From Pyrolobus fumarii 1A (lineage in GTDB: Archaea; Thermoproteota; Thermoprotei_A; Sulfolobales; Pyrodictiaceae): a stretch of 32,000 nucleotides of DNA. The notes beneath the pieces were generated by a model. That model made no database searches. It was given only the letters and a program-made list of their open reading frames with translations, and had not been told where the DNA came from. The position numbers and the translations under genes were made by a program. Location of the stretch: the NCBI RefSeq assembly GCF_000223395.1, contig NC_015931.1, positions 870,001 through 902,000 on the forward strand, read 5' to 3'. Within the stretch, counting starts at the first letter, position 1, and each line of letters starts with the position of its first letter. This document shows, one piece after another, positions 9,052 through 16,975 of the stretch.

Positions 9052-9177
9052 TCTCTGCTCACCCCAAACTAGCCTGGGATAGAGCCTCGGATAGCCCCTA
9101 CCCGTTACGTCACGAGAAGCGCGCCTAAAACGCGAAAAGGCGTGAAAACTGCAATAATCAAAGATGGTGAAAACAAT

Positions 9178-9852
9178 ATGCAGTATAGAATCGAGCACGG
9201 GCCTGCTTATGCTGTGCTAAAGGTTCGCCTAGAGGCTGGTGAAAGTATATGGGCTGAGCCTGGTGCCATGATGCTCCTCAGGGGCCCCGTTAGAGTAGAG
9301 ACTAGGGCATATGGCGGCGTGTTAACCGCGTTAAAGAGGGCACTGTTTGGTGGCGAGAGCTTCTTTCTGAATCGTTACGTGGCTGAGGGTCCGGCTGAAG
9401 TCTGGCTCGTACCTGGAACTCCCGGTGACATAGCTACTATAGACATGCAGGGAGGCGGCTCGTGGATAGTGCAGGATACGAGTTACCTCGCGCATAGTGG
9501 CGACATAAATGTTGATGTGGCGTGGCGTGGGCTGCGCGGCTTGATAGCAGAGGGTGAGATAGTATGGTTAAAGCTGGAGGGTAGGGGCTTAGCATGGATA
9601 TCATCATATGGCGCGATAGATAAGATAGACGTTCCTCCAGGCGAGAAGGTAGTAATAGATAACTTTCACTTTGTTGCGATGAGCGCCGACGCTAAGTGGA
9701 GTGTAAGAAAATTTGGTGATTTGAAGAGCTTCATCTTTGGTGGTGAAGGATTCGTGATCGAGATCGAGGGGCCGGCGACTGTGTATGTCCAGTCGCGTAT
9801 GTTGCCATTATTTGCTCGGTTGTTGCAGAAATTCCTGCCTAGACAGTCGTAA
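9178..9852 (+). CDS. AIM24 / TIGR00266 (DUF124) family protein
   Basis: Family-typical segments are present: MQYRIEHGPAYAVLKV, GESFFLNRY, WIVQDTSYLA and FGGEGFVIEIEGPATVYVQSR. I placed the start at ATG 9178. Confidence 0.7.
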   Translation: MQYRIEHGPAYAVLKVRLEAGESIWAEPGAMMLLRGPVRVETRAYGGVLTALKRALFGGESFFLNRYVAEGPAEVWLVPGTPGDIATIDMQGGGSWIVQDTSYLAHSGDINVDVAWRGLRGLIAEGEIVWLKLEGRGLAWISSYGAIDKIDVPPGEKVVIDNFHFVAMSADAKWSVRKFGDLKSFIFGGEGFVIEIEGPATVYVQSRMLPLFARLLQKFLPRQS

Positions 9853-9903
9853 GGCAAGCTGTAGTGTAACGATTCTATAACCTGTTATTGGCTTTTGTAG
9901 GAT

Positions 9904-9983
9904 ACCGGATGGCGGGGGATGGGGAGGCGCATTAGGTCCGATAGGTGAGGACAGTACCCTCGGCCCTACCCCGCCGTATCGGT
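9904..9983. other. GC-rich 80-nt structured element between convergent genes (ncRNA or bidirectional terminator candidate)
   Basis: ACCGGATGGCGGGG (9904-9917) pairs with CCCCGCCGTATCGGT (9969-9983), giving 14 bp with one bulged A and two G-U pairs. An inner hairpin runs TAGGTGAGG ... CCTCGGCCCTA (9942-9968). Confidence 0.3.
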
Positions 9984-10414
9984 TAGACCCTGCTGATAGA
10001 ACTCTGGGTACGTGCTTGCTCACTCATTAGCTCTACTACATGCTGTGCAGCTCTACATAGCTCTTTTAGTCTTTCGACAAGCTCGGGTTTCGGCTCATAG
10101 ATGTAAGCTCTGCCTCCCCTTCTCAGTGGAAACGGGCGTCTTTCAATGAGTCCCTTAGAGTATAGCTTTCGTAGCGCGCGTCGTACAACCTCCTGATTGC
10201 GACCGGAACTAGCAGCGATGTCTTTCGCCGTGGCGGGTCTCGGGTCCAGCAGTAGATGCGTGAGAACGTAAGCCTCCTCCTCTGACAGGTTGAGCAAGCA
10301 CTTGAGGACGCAACGGAGTCTAGCCTCATTGATCTGCTTGGTGTCGAATTCGCTCTTCTCACTCTTCTCGCCTAAAGGGTAGAGCGTGTAATCATAGAAG
10401 GATTGAGACGCCAT
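9983..10414 (-). CDS. Winged-helix transcriptional regulator (TrmB/MarR-like)
   Basis: The segment LSEEEAYVLTHLLLDPRPATAKDIAASSGRNQEVVRRALRKLYSKGLIERRP fits a wHTH pattern. I placed the start at ATG 10414. The gene is divergent from the vWA gene. Confidence 0.7.
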   Translation of the reverse strand: MASQSFYDYTLYPLGEKSEKSEFDTKQINEARLRCVLKCLLNLSEEEAYVLTHLLLDPRPATAKDIAASSGRNQEVVRRALRKLYSKGLIERRPFPLRRGGRAYIYEPKPELVERLKELCRAAQHVVELMSEQARTQSSISRV

Positions 10415-10598
10415 ACGAGGCCCTACACCCACCTTAACACGTGTTAACGAGGGGAGAAAATAAACGTTGATGTAATTATCAAACAAGCAGAATGGTGGCA
10501 TGGGAACACTATTGTTAAGCATTGTGCTAAAGATTGAAGGCGTTTAAGGAACTGTTAATAAAGTAGGGTGTGAAGCGACATCTTAGGAGAATGGTGCC

Positions 10599-11879
10599 TT
10601 GCCGCGAATTGGAGCAGCGCCTACGCGGGCGTTGATGCTTGTTGTCGAGACGGATAGGGATGCTATTGTACCTCAGGGTGCGCGTGTAGGGTTTGTAGCG
10701 GAGATATACGGCAGGAGGGCTGAGAGAGCCCCCACGTTCCTCATTGTACTCCTTGACGTGAGTCCTTCGATGAAGAAAGAGGGTAAGATCATACGTGCAA
10801 AGGAAGGCGTAATGGAGGCTATGAAGACGTTGAAGCCTACCGACCATTTCGCTGTGATAGCGTTCTGTAGGACTGCAAAGCTCGTTGGCTCCACGATTTA
10901 CGGTGATAGTCTAGAGGATATCAAGAGGAAGGTTGATGAGGTGAAGCACTGTACGTTTACAAACATCGGTCGTGCGCTCGAGGAGGCTCTCAACCTAATT
11001 GAGGCTCTCAATAAGCGCTATGGAGCGATATACACCTACAGAATCCTTCTTCTGACTGATGGCATGCCTACATGGGGGCCTAAGAAGCCGGAGCATTTCA
11101 GTAAGATCATCGAGAGGGCGCGCAAGCTAGGTGCACCTATAATTGCAATAGGTATCGGTCGCGAGTATAATGAGAAGCTTCTCTTCCACTTGGCCAAGGA
11201 GACTGGAGGCGTGTTCGAACATGTTACCTCGGCTGAGGAGATACGCAGAGTTCTCGAAGAGTATGCGGCCAAAGGGACGAAAGTTGTTGCTAAGGACGTG
11301 AAGCTAGAAATAGAGTTGTATGGTAACGTGGATCTGGAGGTTTATGGTTTCCGGTATGAGAGGAAAGGCTCCAAGGCCATAGTGCACGTTGGTGACATAA
11401 GCGAAGGCGAGCAGGTTACGGTGGCGGGCATGCTCATAGTGTTCCCGATGGCAGCCGCGCCGGGTGCGAAGATGCGAGCGGCGAGGTTCAGAGTGAGTTA
11501 CTATGAGCCTATGGGAGGTGAGAGAATGACTGCGTGGATCGACCTAACCTTGCGTGTTGTCGAGAGTGAAGAGCAGATTAAAGTGGATGAGGTTGTCGCT
11601 GCAAAAGTGAATGCTCTAAGTGCCGCGCAGAAGATAGTGGAGGCTGCAATGGATGGCCGTGCTGAAGAACTCCTAGAGGCTACTGCTAGGCTTGCCGAGG
11701 AGACGGCGAGAATAGGCGATATGGAACTATACAGTGAGACTATGCGTATCAAGGAGATGCTAGAGGCGAGGGCTGATGAAGCGGTTAAAGAGGCGCTCAG
11801 CCTAGCAAGCAAGATTGTAAAGCGTACAGTGAAGGAAGAGGAAGTGGAGGAGAGGGGAGCAGAGGGCGGTCAGACGTGA
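10599..11879 (+). CDS. von Willebrand factor A (vWA) domain protein with a coiled-coil C-terminus (ArnB-like)
   Basis: The MIDAS motif DVSPSM (DxSxS) is present, with downstream T and D positions (LLLTDGMPT). The C-terminus is Ala/Glu-rich and helical. The start is TTG 10599 or ATG 10635. Confidence 0.8.
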   Translation: MPRIGAAPTRALMLVVETDRDAIVPQGARVGFVAEIYGRRAERAPTFLIVLLDVSPSMKKEGKIIRAKEGVMEAMKTLKPTDHFAVIAFCRTAKLVGSTIYGDSLEDIKRKVDEVKHCTFTNIGRALEEALNLIEALNKRYGAIYTYRILLLTDGMPTWGPKKPEHFSKIIERARKLGAPIIAIGIGREYNEKLLFHLAKETGGVFEHVTSAEEIRRVLEEYAAKGTKVVAKDVKLEIELYGNVDLEVYGFRYERKGSKAIVHVGDISEGEQVTVAGMLIVFPMAAAPGAKMRAARFRVSYYEPMGGERMTAWIDLTLRVVESEEQIKVDEVVAAKVNALSAAQKIVEAAMDGRAEELLEATARLAEETARIGDMELYSETMRIKEMLEARADEAVKEALSLASKIVKRTVKEEEVEERGAEGGQT

Positions 11880-12199
11880 CGTCTCTCACGCTAGAGGTTG
11901 TGAAATCACCCTTTAATCAACCCGTGAGTGTATGGAAACTCCAACCGGAAAAGGGCGAGTATATAATCGGTCGAAGTCCCACCAATGACATCGTTATCGT
12001 AGACCCTTATGCTTCGAGAAAACACGCGAAGATATTCTACCGTGATGGTAAGTGGTTCATCGAGGATCTAGGAAGCACTAATGGAACCGTGGTTGACGGC
12101 GAACCTGTTGAAGACAAACCCGTGGAACTAAAGGACGGCTCGGAGATAGTCATAGGTTTAACTGTACTCCGTGTGAAGTACGAGGAAGAGGAGGAGTAA
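11876..12199 (+). CDS. Stand-alone FHA domain protein (ArnA-like, without a zinc finger)
   Basis: The sequence IGRSPTNDIVIVDPYASRKHAKIFYRDGKWFIEDLGSTNGTVVDGEPV carries the GR, SxxH and NG signatures. The GTG start overlaps the vWA stop as GTGA. Confidence 0.85.
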   Translation: MTSLTLEVVKSPFNQPVSVWKLQPEKGEYIIGRSPTNDIVIVDPYASRKHAKIFYRDGKWFIEDLGSTNGTVVDGEPVEDKPVELKDGSEIVIGLTVLRVKYEEEEE

Positions 12200-12251
12200 A
12201 GCGGGAAAACGAGTATATTCTCGTGGATATGTTTAACAGTGTTACATTAAT

Positions 12252-12269
12252 GAGGGTGCCTCGTTTTTT
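12252..12269 (+). terminator. Short hairpin plus T6 run after the FHA gene
   Basis: GAGG-GTG-CCTC is followed by G and TTTTTT (12264-12269). The kinase gene has its own GGGAGGAG Shine-Dalgarno sequence before ATG 12305. Confidence 0.35.
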
Positions 12270-12304
12270 GCTGGCGTGTTGATGGGCAATTATCGGGAGG
12301 AGTA

Positions 12305-13828
12305 ATGTTCAGAATTGCGACCACGATTGAGGATGCTAGCAAACATCTTGCAGATCCGCTGGTACAGCTAGACATAACAATGAATTCTAGAACGTATGTT
12401 TACCATAAGAGGATTAGCGGTCGCGAAGAGCTTGAGAAGATAATTTTAGATGTTTCGAAGAAGCTCCAATCTAACGCTTGTCTATCTGTTGTCGTCTCTA
12501 ACAAGGCAGGTGAAGGAAGGCTACTTGTTTGCGGTGACGCAGTGATAGGTGCAGTGTTTAGGGATGGCAAGAGCGGTGTAGTGCTGACAGGTGAGCGTGC
12601 GTACATTCGCATACTTGAGGTGGTTACGCAACAGGATAGTATAGTAGATATTATGGCTGTTGAGCGCGATAAGCTACCCGCTGATATAAGATCTCTCGTT
12701 GAGCGTGCGCGTGTTGCGGCTATACCTGCCGGTAGGCCACCGATGGTGTGGATTGGGAGCGTACTCTACGGTTTCAAGGTGGAGCGGATCATAGGAGAGG
12801 GTGGGATATCTTACGTTCTTGAAGGCATCGGTGCCAATGGAAGATTTGCCCTTAAGATTCTGAGGGAGAGGAGCAGGTTCGGCTCGCCGCTTGCTGTGGG
12901 CAACCGTGGAGCTATTGAGAGCTTTGCTAGAATGGCGACTGCAATGATGAAGATGACGTTTGCTAGCCGGGGTGTGGTGGAGGCTGCTCTGGAGGAGAGG
13001 GGTGTAACCGAGGGGCTCCGTGATAAGGTGAGGCTGTTAACGGGCTTTGCTGATAATATAATACGTGTGTATGGTGTATACATTCCTCGCGAAGAGTACC
13101 GCAATCTTGACGAGTATGTTAAGACGCCGCCCGTTGTTGTCATGGAGTATGTTGATGGGGTGACACTTGACCGTATTGAGGCTAATGTTAGCCCCTTTGA
13201 AGCTAGGAAAATAGTCTACGAGGTTGCTGGTGCTCTTGCATTGGCTCATACGCTAGGTTTCGGCCACTTTGATGTAAAGCCTCAGAACGTTATGGTTGTT
13301 CGTGTCAGTGGATTTCTAAAAGCCAAAGTATTCGACTTTACGGCGCTCCCAATAGACCGTAGGAGGCCGCCTGCGCTCGAGGAGATAACTCCGGAGTATG
13401 CGGATCCATATTCGCTCCTTCATGGTGCGCGTGCATATCCCAGCTACGATGTGTATAGTCTAGGCTTGATGGCATACAGGTTGTTCTACAAGAGGAGGCC
13501 ATATGCGAGGCTGGCGCTTAACTATGTGGTGTTGAAGAGAGTTGTGCCAAAGCTGGCAGAGAGCATGGGGAGGGTGTTGCCTCCCGAAGCGCAAGAATAC
13601 ACGAGAAAGTTTGAGAGGCTTGCGGCTAGCATGCATGACCCAGACTCGTTCTTGCGCGCGGCGGAGGAGTTGTTAGAGGCGATTGAGCCGTTGGGGCCTC
13701 CACCCGGACAACCAGAGAATATAGTTGACATTCTCCGCAAGATGCTTGCTCTCACACCAGAGAGAAGATATCGTGATGCTATCGAGTTGTTGAAAGACTT
13801 AGGGTCTTTATTCGGCGTCACCTTCTGA
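12305..13828 (+). CDS. Ser/Thr protein kinase (Hanks type) with an uncharacterised N-terminal domain of about 150 aa
   Basis: The Gly-rich loop is IGEGGISYV, the ALK lysine is in RFALKIL and the catalytic loop is GHFDVKPQNVMV. FDFTA replaces DFG, and TPEYADP is present. The N-terminal 150 aa lie outside the kinase fold. Confidence 0.8.
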   Translation: MFRIATTIEDASKHLADPLVQLDITMNSRTYVYHKRISGREELEKIILDVSKKLQSNACLSVVVSNKAGEGRLLVCGDAVIGAVFRDGKSGVVLTGERAYIRILEVVTQQDSIVDIMAVERDKLPADIRSLVERARVAAIPAGRPPMVWIGSVLYGFKVERIIGEGGISYVLEGIGANGRFALKILRERSRFGSPLAVGNRGAIESFARMATAMMKMTFASRGVVEAALEERGVTEGLRDKVRLLTGFADNIIRVYGVYIPREEYRNLDEYVKTPPVVVMEYVDGVTLDRIEANVSPFEARKIVYEVAGALALAHTLGFGHFDVKPQNVMVVRVSGFLKAKVFDFTALPIDRRRPPALEEITPEYADPYSLLHGARAYPSYDVYSLGLMAYRLFYKRRPYARLALNYVVLKRVVPKLAESMGRVLPPEAQEYTRKFERLAASMHDPDSFLRAAEELLEAIEPLGPPPGQPENIVDILRKMLALTPERRYRDAIELLKDLGSLFGVTF

Positions 13829-14552
13829 GCTTCTCCTTCAGCTCGCGAAGCAGTGGTATCTCGCGAAGCTTCTCATCGGGAAGCCTATTCCATAGTATGC
13901 CCTGCGGTTTAGGCGGCTTGGGCTCGACACGGTGCAATCTAGTTGGCGTCGCTATGATATCTACCGTGAGGTCGTAGGGCTCGCGTGGTATAGAGTCGAC
14001 TATCTGTAGGTCGTGGACTGTTGTTGCAACAGGAGTCTCTGGTGTAACGGCACCTATCTCTCTTAACACAGCGTACTCCAGCTCGGCGTAGCCTTCGCCC
14101 TTTCCCACCCTGTTACCCTCTCTATCAACAGCTACTGAGCCCGTTACAATCAGGTCTATCTTTAGCCTTGCCAGCTCGTCTAGCGTTAGACGGCGTCCCC
14201 AGCGGAACGCTCCGCGTATCGTTGATGCCTCGGCATAATACCTAGGTGGTATCAGCCTCGGGTCTAGGAGGAGGAACCCCTCTCTCATCCTCGGAGTAGC
14301 CATTATCAACAACTTGGCCTCTTGGAGAGCACGTAGCCGTACAAGTCTTTGAGGTGCATCCGGGTTCACCTTCACTATCCTCGCTTTTCTCCACTCGGGC
14401 GTCTCGAACAGCCTCTCTGCGGCTCTCTCGGCACCCACAAAGTTAGGTATGCGCCCGTAGACCGGTCGAGGGAAGGCAGCTACACCCTTTTCCTCCAGAA
14501 GTTTCCATATTCGCTCCCTAATCCTTCGCTTAACCTCCTTCGGGTTGTCCAA
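13818..14552 (-). CDS. 5-formyltetrahydrofolate cyclo-ligase family protein
   Basis: The N-terminal KEVKRRIRERIWKLLEEKGVAAFPRPVYGRIPNF and the later GKGEGYAELEY fit the MTHFS-like family (COG0212). The gene end overlaps the kinase gene end by 11 nt. Confidence 0.7.
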   Translation of the reverse strand: MDNPKEVKRRIRERIWKLLEEKGVAAFPRPVYGRIPNFVGAERAAERLFETPEWRKARIVKVNPDAPQRLVRLRALQEAKLLIMATPRMREGFLLLDPRLIPPRYYAEASTIRGAFRWGRRLTLDELARLKIDLIVTGSVAVDREGNRVGKGEGYAELEYAVLREIGAVTPETPVATTVHDLQIVDSIPREPYDLTVDIIATPTRLHRVEPKPPKPQGILWNRLPDEKLREIPLLRELKEKLRR

Positions 14553-14558
14553 TCTCCA

Positions 14559-15266
14559 CTACCCCAGTGTGGATGCTATTCGTTCAAGCCTCTCTACACT
14601 AGACTCTAGCGTGTCTACGAGTGCAGACAACCTTAGTAATGCAAGGGCGAGCCTCGCATACCCTCTAATAGCGGCATAGCTCCTAAGGCTACGTGGAACG
14701 ACACCCGCCCTTCTAGCCTCCGCCAGCATCCTCGCCGCATCTCTAATGCCTACACCCAGGCGTTTAGCAAGCTCTTCCAGTGTCTCAGAATCCGCTATAG
14801 CCCTCAATAGTTCAACATCACGTGGGCGCAGGCTGGATACCCGCGAAAGAGCCGCGATTACATCCTCTATTGTGGATGCAAGTGCCTCCTTAACAATCTC
14901 TTCAAGCTCGTCAGCATCGACTAGGAACGAATCAGAGAGAATTACCGTCTCTACTCCGAGCTTCTCGGCCAGCTTTTCAGCAGCCTCGTCAGCGAACCCT
15001 CTCGCAACAACCATGGGTTTTGCGTCCAAAAGTAGCGCATTCACATAGGCTTGGCGTAGGGTAGTCACGTCGATTCTCCCAGCCTTGATTTCCACCGCGT
15101 ACTTCTCACCACTAGGAGCCTCTACTATAGCATCAACCTCGGCTACCTCAACACCATCAATGATTATACGTTTATGTGTCTCGAGGATACGGTAACCCAT
15201 CTCTTCTAGAACATGGAGGGCTATGCGTTCGCTACTCCTCCAGCGCTTTTCTCCACTCCTAGCCAA
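14559..15266 (-). CDS. Hjc/RecB-like PD-(D/E)xK nuclease-fold domain fused to a C-terminal helix-turn-helix-like region
   Basis: The N-terminal RIALHVLEEMGYRILE ... EVDAIVEAPSGEKYAVEIKAG gives a D ... ExK arrangement. The C-terminal LEELAKRLGVGIRDAARMLAEARRAGVV looks HTH-like. The TTG start overlaps the upstream gene end by 8 nt. Confidence 0.5.
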   Translation of the reverse strand: MARSGEKRWRSSERIALHVLEEMGYRILETHKRIIIDGVEVAEVDAIVEAPSGEKYAVEIKAGRIDVTTLRQAYVNALLLDAKPMVVARGFADEAAEKLAEKLGVETVILSDSFLVDADELEEIVKEALASTIEDVIAALSRVSSLRPRDVELLRAIADSETLEELAKRLGVGIRDAARMLAEARRAGVVPRSLRSYAAIRGYARLALALLRLSALVDTLESSVERLERIASTLG

Positions 15267-15960
15267 GGCTTAGAGTCTCCCCTGGTTTCAGTATGACCAC
15301 TTTAGTGCCAGGCACTCTCTCCTCAACAAGCTTTCTGAACTTCTCAGGATCGGCTTGAATCACCGGGAATGTGTTGTAGTGCATTGGGATCACGTACTTG
15401 GGTTTGAGTAGCTCTACAGCCTTAGCAGCCTGTACCTCATCCATGGTGAAGTGACCGCCTATCGGCAGGAGCGCTACCAGAGGCTCGTAGAGCTCGCCGA
15501 TTAGCTGCATCTCGGCAAATATCCCAGTGTCGCCTGCGTGATACACTACACCCTCGCTTGTGAATAAGAGAGCACCGGTTGGTGCACCGACGGGCGAACT
15601 GTGAACAGCTGGTGTGAGTGCTACACGCTCTCCGATACCCGGTATCCTCATAGGTCCACCTATGTTGCCGCCAACGAACCTGTCACTAGCCTCTCCGGTC
15701 TCGCCAACCCTTGTTTGCATGTGAAGCGCTAGCTCGTAAATGGCGGCAAGCTTTGCCTCACTATTCCTCCTTAGAAGCTCAACGCTATCACCGATATGGT
15801 CGTCGTGAGCGTGTGTGAGCACTATGAGGTCAATGCGCTCGTTATACTCGCTTGGTTTGATGGGCGAGAGCGGGTTCGATAGCCATGGGTCCACAAGTAT
15901 CCTCAAATTGCCATCTGTAATCTCAAACGCTGCGTGGCCAAACCAGCGTATGCGTAGCAT
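15259..15960 (-). CDS. UPF0173-type metallo-beta-lactamase-fold hydrolase
   Basis: The sequences MLRIRWFGHAAFEI and LTHAHDDHIGD (HxHxDH) are present. I placed the start at ATG 15960; the longer ORF would overlap the map start region. Confidence 0.85.
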   Translation of the reverse strand: MLRIRWFGHAAFEITDGNLRILVDPWLSNPLSPIKPSEYNERIDLIVLTHAHDDHIGDSVELLRRNSEAKLAAIYELALHMQTRVGETGEASDRFVGGNIGGPMRIPGIGERVALTPAVHSSPVGAPTGALLFTSEGVVYHAGDTGIFAEMQLIGELYEPLVALLPIGGHFTMDEVQAAKAVELLKPKYVIPMHYNTFPVIQADPEKFRKLVEERVPGTKVVILKPGETLSLG

Positions 15961-15992
15961 GCCTATCCCGCCGCTACTATAGACGTGCTCCG

Positions 15993-16000
15993 GTATATAG
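15993..16000. promoter_or_regulatory. TATA-like element in the divergent spacer between the UPF0173 gene and map
   Basis: GTATATAG lies 33-47 nt from both divergent ATGs (15960 and 16040). Confidence 0.3.
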
Positions 16001-16039
16001 GGTGAGGCTGCTGCCTCCAGCCGGGGAGTAGAGCTGGGA

Positions 16040-16972
16040 ATGGATGAGGAGATACTGCGTAAGTATCTTGAGGCCGGGCGCATCGCGAGAATAGTACTAC
16101 AAGAGACTGTTAAGCTTGTAGAGCCGGGTGCACGACTGCTCGACATCTGTGATTATGCTGAGAGGAGGACTAGGGAGCTCGGAGGCGAGCCAGCATTCCC
16201 ATGCAACATATCAGTTAACGATGTTGCCGCCCACTACACACCGGTAATAGGCGATGATGCGACTATCCCAGAGGATGCGATAGTAAAGATAGACATTGGA
16301 GTCCATGTTGACGGGTACATAGCTGACACTGCAGTGACGGTGGACCTTAGCGGTAAACACGAAAAGCTCCTAGAGGCGGCGCGTGAAGCTCTCGAAGCTG
16401 CCATAAGGGAGGTCAAGCCGGGCGTCAGTTTCCAGACTATAGGCGCTGTTGTCGAGCGTCTGATAAAGTCAAAGGGGTTCAAGCCTATAGCGAACCTCTC
16501 GGGGCACAGTCTTGGTAGGTACCTGGTGCACGCTGGCGAGAGCATCCCGAATGTTAACGAGCCACTTCCTGGTGTATTCCGTCCCGGGAACGCTTACGCG
16601 ATTGAGCCGTTCGCGACTACCGGCGAGGGTTACGTAGTTGAAAGAGAACCGATAACAATATACTCCCTCAACCCCGAAAGGCCGTCGATGCGTGCAATGA
16701 GGCTTAGACAGTTGGAGAAGAGATTGTTGTCGGAGATTGCTACCAGATTCCGGACGCTACCCTTCACAGAGAGATGGTTCGACGTAGAGAAGTATGGAGG
16801 GGTCGAGGCTCTTAGGCTTGCATTGAGAAAGCTCTGGAGGGCACGTGCGCTCATAGGTTATCCTATGCTTGTCGAGAGGAGTGGCGGTCTAGTCGCGCAG
16901 TTTGAACACACGGTTCTCGTCCTAGAGGATAGGATTATCGTGACCACTGGGGGTGACGAGGGGGAGGCTTAG
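16040..16972 (+). CDS. map: Methionine aminopeptidase, type 2 (archaeal)
   Basis: The length and pattern fit: FPCNISVNDVAAHYTP, DIGVHVDGYIADTA, SGHSLGRY, EPFAT and QFEHTVLV. Confidence 0.92.
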   Translation: MDEEILRKYLEAGRIARIVLQETVKLVEPGARLLDICDYAERRTRELGGEPAFPCNISVNDVAAHYTPVIGDDATIPEDAIVKIDIGVHVDGYIADTAVTVDLSGKHEKLLEAAREALEAAIREVKPGVSFQTIGAVVERLIKSKGFKPIANLSGHSLGRYLVHAGESIPNVNEPLPGVFRPGNAYAIEPFATTGEGYVVEREPITIYSLNPERPSMRAMRLRQLEKRLLSEIATRFRTLPFTERWFDVEKYGGVEALRLALRKLWRARALIGYPMLVERSGGLVAQFEHTVLVLEDRIIVTTGGDEGEA

Positions 16973-16975
16973 GTC

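Noticed and set aside
9052-9198. N-terminal extensions of track ORFs: the DRG GTPase up to 9198, the UPF0173 hydrolase up to 16146, the wHTH regulator up to 10522, S28e up to 7863 and the AIM24-like protein from 9142.
   Set aside because: The extensions run through divergent promoter spacers or into the neighbouring gene and have no family counterpart. In each case an internal ATG reproduces the usual family N-terminus.
9911-9975. A tRNA-like acceptor pair GGCGGGG/CCCCGCC (read on the minus strand) with a 7-nt anticodon-like loop.
   Set aside because: Only 64 nt separate the ends. There is no D arm and no T arm (no GTTCRANYC), and the implied anticodon would start with A. It is not a tRNA or a convincing pseudogene.
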